37,746 bases of DNA from Jimgerdemannia flammicorona (Eukaryota). A program made the translations under genes and the position numbers. Each line of letters starts with the position of its first letter. Positions within the stretch are counted from its first letter, which is position 1. Shown piece after piece: positions 34,023 to 37,746 of this stretch. The DNA lies in the NCBI GenBank assembly GCA_003990765.1, contig RBNJ01000183.1, positions 1-37,746 of the forward strand. The letters run 5' to 3'. The notes below the pieces were generated by a model that was given only the letters and a program-made list of their open reading frames with translations, made no database searches and had not been told where the DNA came from.

Positions 34023-37000
34023 ATGAACAGTACAACCAACATTTTCTCTTTGAATGTGAATGGGCTAAGGAGATCTGGGTGGCATAAGAGCATTTTTAAT
34101 TAGCTCAAGAGATTGGAGGCCAAACTCTTTCTACTGCAGAATGGTTGGTGTGAGGATGAGGGTGATTGAATTGAGTGGACTAGGGAATGAAGTGGGGCTG
34201 CTACTTGGTTCAGAAAAGTGGTGATTTTGGTGAGGAAGGGTAGAGGAGATTTGGGAGGTATTGGGAGCTGGGGTGATTGCTTGGTCTGGGGAGATTGGCA
34301 TCGGCCAGGGTGGGAGTCAGTGAGGGTTGGCTCTTGCTACTGCTCTGTGGTTAGGGGTGAGAGGATTGCATGGATTAAGGAGCTGCTGGAGGAGGGTATT
34401 CTCTTGGAGGAAGGGGTTGATGTGCTTGGGGGGGACTTTAATATAGTTTAGGATCAGCATCTGGACCAAACTGATGGTGGGTAGAGTACAGGAGGGAGAA
34501 GTGGAGGCCTGAATGCATGGGAGGAGGTAGAGTAGCTGAGCTCCTTAGGGGATATATGCAGAACATGATGGGGCAACTCCAGGGTCTACACACATTGGGT
34601 GAATGGCTTAGGTATAAGAATTGACTGGATTCTGATGGCAGAATGCTGGGGGTCTGATATCTGAAAGGCTTTGGAGGTGGAATGGTGCCCATGGTCTGAT
34701 CACTGGGGACTGTTGGGTTAGAGGCAGTTTGGGGAGAGTAGAGATGGACCTGGACATTGGTGCCTTAACTCCTCCCTGCTGGCTGAGAAGGGGTTGTGGG
34801 ATTTGTGGGTAGAGGACATTCAGACAAAAGTTTCTTGCTGGAGGTATGAGGGTTTATCAGTGGGTGTCTGTTGGATGAGATTGAAAGAGGTTGTGAGAGT
34901 CTATTGGGGAGGGGCTGGGAGAGAAGCAGGGAGATAGAGGAGAAAGTGCACAAGGTGTGCTTCCAATAGGCTGAGGAGATTGTATATGGATTGGGCAGGT
35001 TTGCTTACTTCTGATGGGGTAGAGGATTGGAGGTTAGCATGGGTTAGATTGGAGATAATGAAACTGCAACAGGTGTTGAGAGAAGAGGAGGAGGTGCATA
35101 TACAAGATATGGCTGCTAGGCTAAAGTGGTAGGGGCTTGAGGAGAGTGAGTAGCCTACTAGATATTTGTCCCATCTGCTCAAAGCTAGAAGGGTGAGACA
35201 TTGGTGGAATAGAGTCCTAGATGCTGATGGGGACATGGTACACAGCATGCAATGAATCTTAGGGGTTTTGAAAGAGAGATAGCAGGGTTTGTGGAGTGAG
35301 GAAGAAGGGGGTGCTGATGGGGCAGCTATTGAGGATATATTAGGGGAATGGAGGCCACCACAAGTGGCTGGACTGAATGACTTGGTCTTGCTAGTGCGAG
35401 GTGAGGAGGTCCAGAGTGTCCTTGTGGCAACTAAAACTAGAATGGCACCAGGGGAAGATGGACTACCATGGGACTTCTAAAAGAAGATGGTTAAGGTCTC
35501 CAGCATTTTGGGTGAGATGACTGCTCTCTATGATCATGTTCTTCAGAGTGATAAGTGGGTTGGAGAGCAGGATCTCAGGCTGGTGGCTTTATTGTACAAA
35601 GACAAGGGGAGGAGAGAAGACTGGAAGAACTGATAGCTGATCATGCTTTTGGACATAGACAGGAAGATGGTGACTAAGGTAGTTGTTGTGAGGCTACAGA
35701 AGGTTGCCCAACAGGTACTGGGGGAGGAGCAGTGGGGCTTTGTTGGAGGCAGACTTATAAGAGATGGGACTGCATGGGTGCATGGTATCATTGAAGGGGC
35801 CCAGACTTATGGACTGGATGGAAGGTTGGTCTTCTTGGACCAGAAGAAGGCCTATGACCAGGTCTGGCAGGTTTGGCTGGGCAAGATGTTGGATCATATT
35901 GGTATTCCTCCAGGATTTCGGGCTTCTATGTTGAATCTGCTAGAAGGCAGTCAGGCAGCGCTGATGTGTAATGGTTACCATGGTCTGACATTTACCTTGA
36001 AAAGAGGGGTTCCTCAGGGAGACCCCCTGTCCCCTATTCTTTATGCCCTCTCATTGGAACCATTGATGGATTGGATTTGTCAGAAGGTAGAAGAGCTCTC
36101 TATCTATGGCATAGTGTGGAAGGTGGGAGCATTTGCAGATAATATGGTGGTTGGTCTTGGGTCTGTAGCAGATGTCAAGGCACTTAAGAAGATGGTGGAA
36201 TGGTATGAGGATCACTCTGGGGTGAAGCTCAACTGGTATAAGTGTGAGACTATGGTGCTGAGGAATGGGCTGGTGAGTGGGGACATCATTGGAACAATTG
36301 TCCCTACTGGTGAGGTGGTACAGTATCTGGGCATCTTCTTCTCTATATATAGCTCTATTCTATCATAAGTGTGGTAGGAGAGCAGGGTGGCTGCTTGGGG
36401 GGAGGCCCTTTGAGGTTGGGGAGGCCACCATATCTCTCTAGCAGAGCAGGTAGTAATTCTGAATATATACTGGTTCTCCAAGCTGTAGTATGTGGCCTAC
36501 CACCTGGACTTCCTGGCTTGGGTGGTGAAGAGGCTGACAAGGGTGGCTAGGGATTGGATTTGGGCAGGGAGGAGGTCCCAGATCAGTTGGGATACTCTTG
36601 CAATACCAGTGGTTAGGGGAGGTCTTGGCCTTGTGGATTTCTCTAAGAGATTACACTGCTTGCGAGCCTGGTGGTTGAGGAGAGCAGCTGAACTGCAAGG
36701 AGGAGGTTGGGTGCCTTTGCTGCAGAAGGTGTAGAAGATGAGAACCTCCTCCTGAGGGTCCTTGGGAGATCTACTCTCTTTGGTAGAGCTCAATAGAATT
36801 CGGAGGCTGAGGTTTAAGGGCTTTTGGTGGAGAGTGGTCAATGGAGCATACAGAATTGGTCTGCACTGGCAAGGCAATGAGGGGGAGGTGTTGTGGGGAC
36901 CTAGTATATAGCAATGGGATAGACTACTACTGGGGGGCACTCTACTTACTGCTTTTGATATGGGGGATGGAGTGGAGTATCAGCAGGGTCTTGGCCAGGA

Positions 37001-37645
37001 TCTTTGGCTGAGCAGTTGGCAGGCAGTCAGGATCAGCAAGGAGTGGGACTGAGCAGGTGTTTGGTCTTGGAGTGCTGAGGTATGGCGATGGCTTCCCCCC
37101 AAGTTTTGGGTGGTGTGGTGGTGAATGCTGCAGAGGAATGTTATGCTGAATTTCTGCACCAAGCATCTGATAGATGGTGGCTGCTTCAATTGTGAGGAGT
37201 GTTACAATATAGAGCAAGCTGGGGGTTTGGTGTAGATACCAGAACATTGGCTGAGAGAGTGTGAGGTTTTGGGGGACTTTTGGGTTAAAATAGAGAATAG
37301 ACTGGGGGTGGGGCATAGGCCAGCAGGTGAGGGGGATCGCTGGGAGGACTTGAGGTGTCAGCTAGTGGGGGGGGTGGGTGATAGTTGGCTCACTGTTGAG
37401 TGGGTGTTAGCAGTTTGGGTGAGATTGGCAGAACATTGTCTATTTGTATTTGGGGAGAGGTGGCAGGTGGGCCTGCAGGAGAAGGTTTTAAGGTGGGAGG
37501 AGCTGTTGGGAGATCTGATGACTGGATGGTGGATAGGTTGGGGTCCTTGGGTGACAGTGAGGTTTGGTAACAAGGATATGTGAACAGAGTAGTGAGAGAG
37601 TGGGAATTGTATTTGATAGAGTGGTGTTTCATCGAGAAGGGGTAG
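34023..37645 (+). pseudogene. LINE C ORF2 (APE endonuclease, RT, Cys/His motif)
   Basis: MNSTTNIFSLNVNGL, GGDFN, RIDWIL, WSDH, APGEDGLP, RGVPQGDPLSP, FADN, YLGI, GGLGLVD, CEEC...EHWLREC. Confidence 0.93.
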
Positions 37646-37746
37646 GGGGGAGGAGCCCCTAGGGAGATTGGATAGGGGGTGGGTTCACTGTACTTATATG
37701 GAATAGATGGGTGTAATAAAGGAAGAGTCCAAGTAACTATAAAAAA

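Larger units (their letters stand above)
32389..37746 (+). mobile_element. LINE C: L1/Tx1-like element, 5'-truncated within ORF1, poly-A at window end
   Basis: Homology to LINEs A and B begins at GDLADGVTGLVV (about 32390). Ends AATAAA...AGTCCAAGTAACTAT(A)6. The TSD cannot be checked. Confidence 0.93.

Overview
This window is eukaryotic, probably fungal (short GT-AG introns with CTRAY branch points), and consists almost entirely of nested, decayed transposable elements. No host gene was recognised. An old Ty3/Gypsy element (gag, protease, dUTPase, RT, RNase H, integrase, 3' LTR) is split inside RNase H by a full-length L1/Tx1-like LINE (A, 6747-24814, 16-bp TSD). LINE A itself carries a 6.3-kb hAT DNA transposon (6871-13178, 8-bp TSD), a 200-bp hAT-type MITE (17292-17491, 8-bp TSD) and a second full-length LINE (B, 17666-23299, 15-bp TSD). 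A complete Ty1/Copia element (27155-32243, 5-bp TSD) sits in the Gypsy 3' LTR, and two 5'-truncated LINEs of the same family form the window ends. All elements show heavy C->T/G->A erosion at CpG and CpA. The most notable observation is that the hAT carries a second spliced gene, convergent with its transposase, whose reconstructed protein has the motif layout of a TET/JBP-like 2OG-Fe(II) dioxygenase. This call comes from manual motif reading and needs a profile search.
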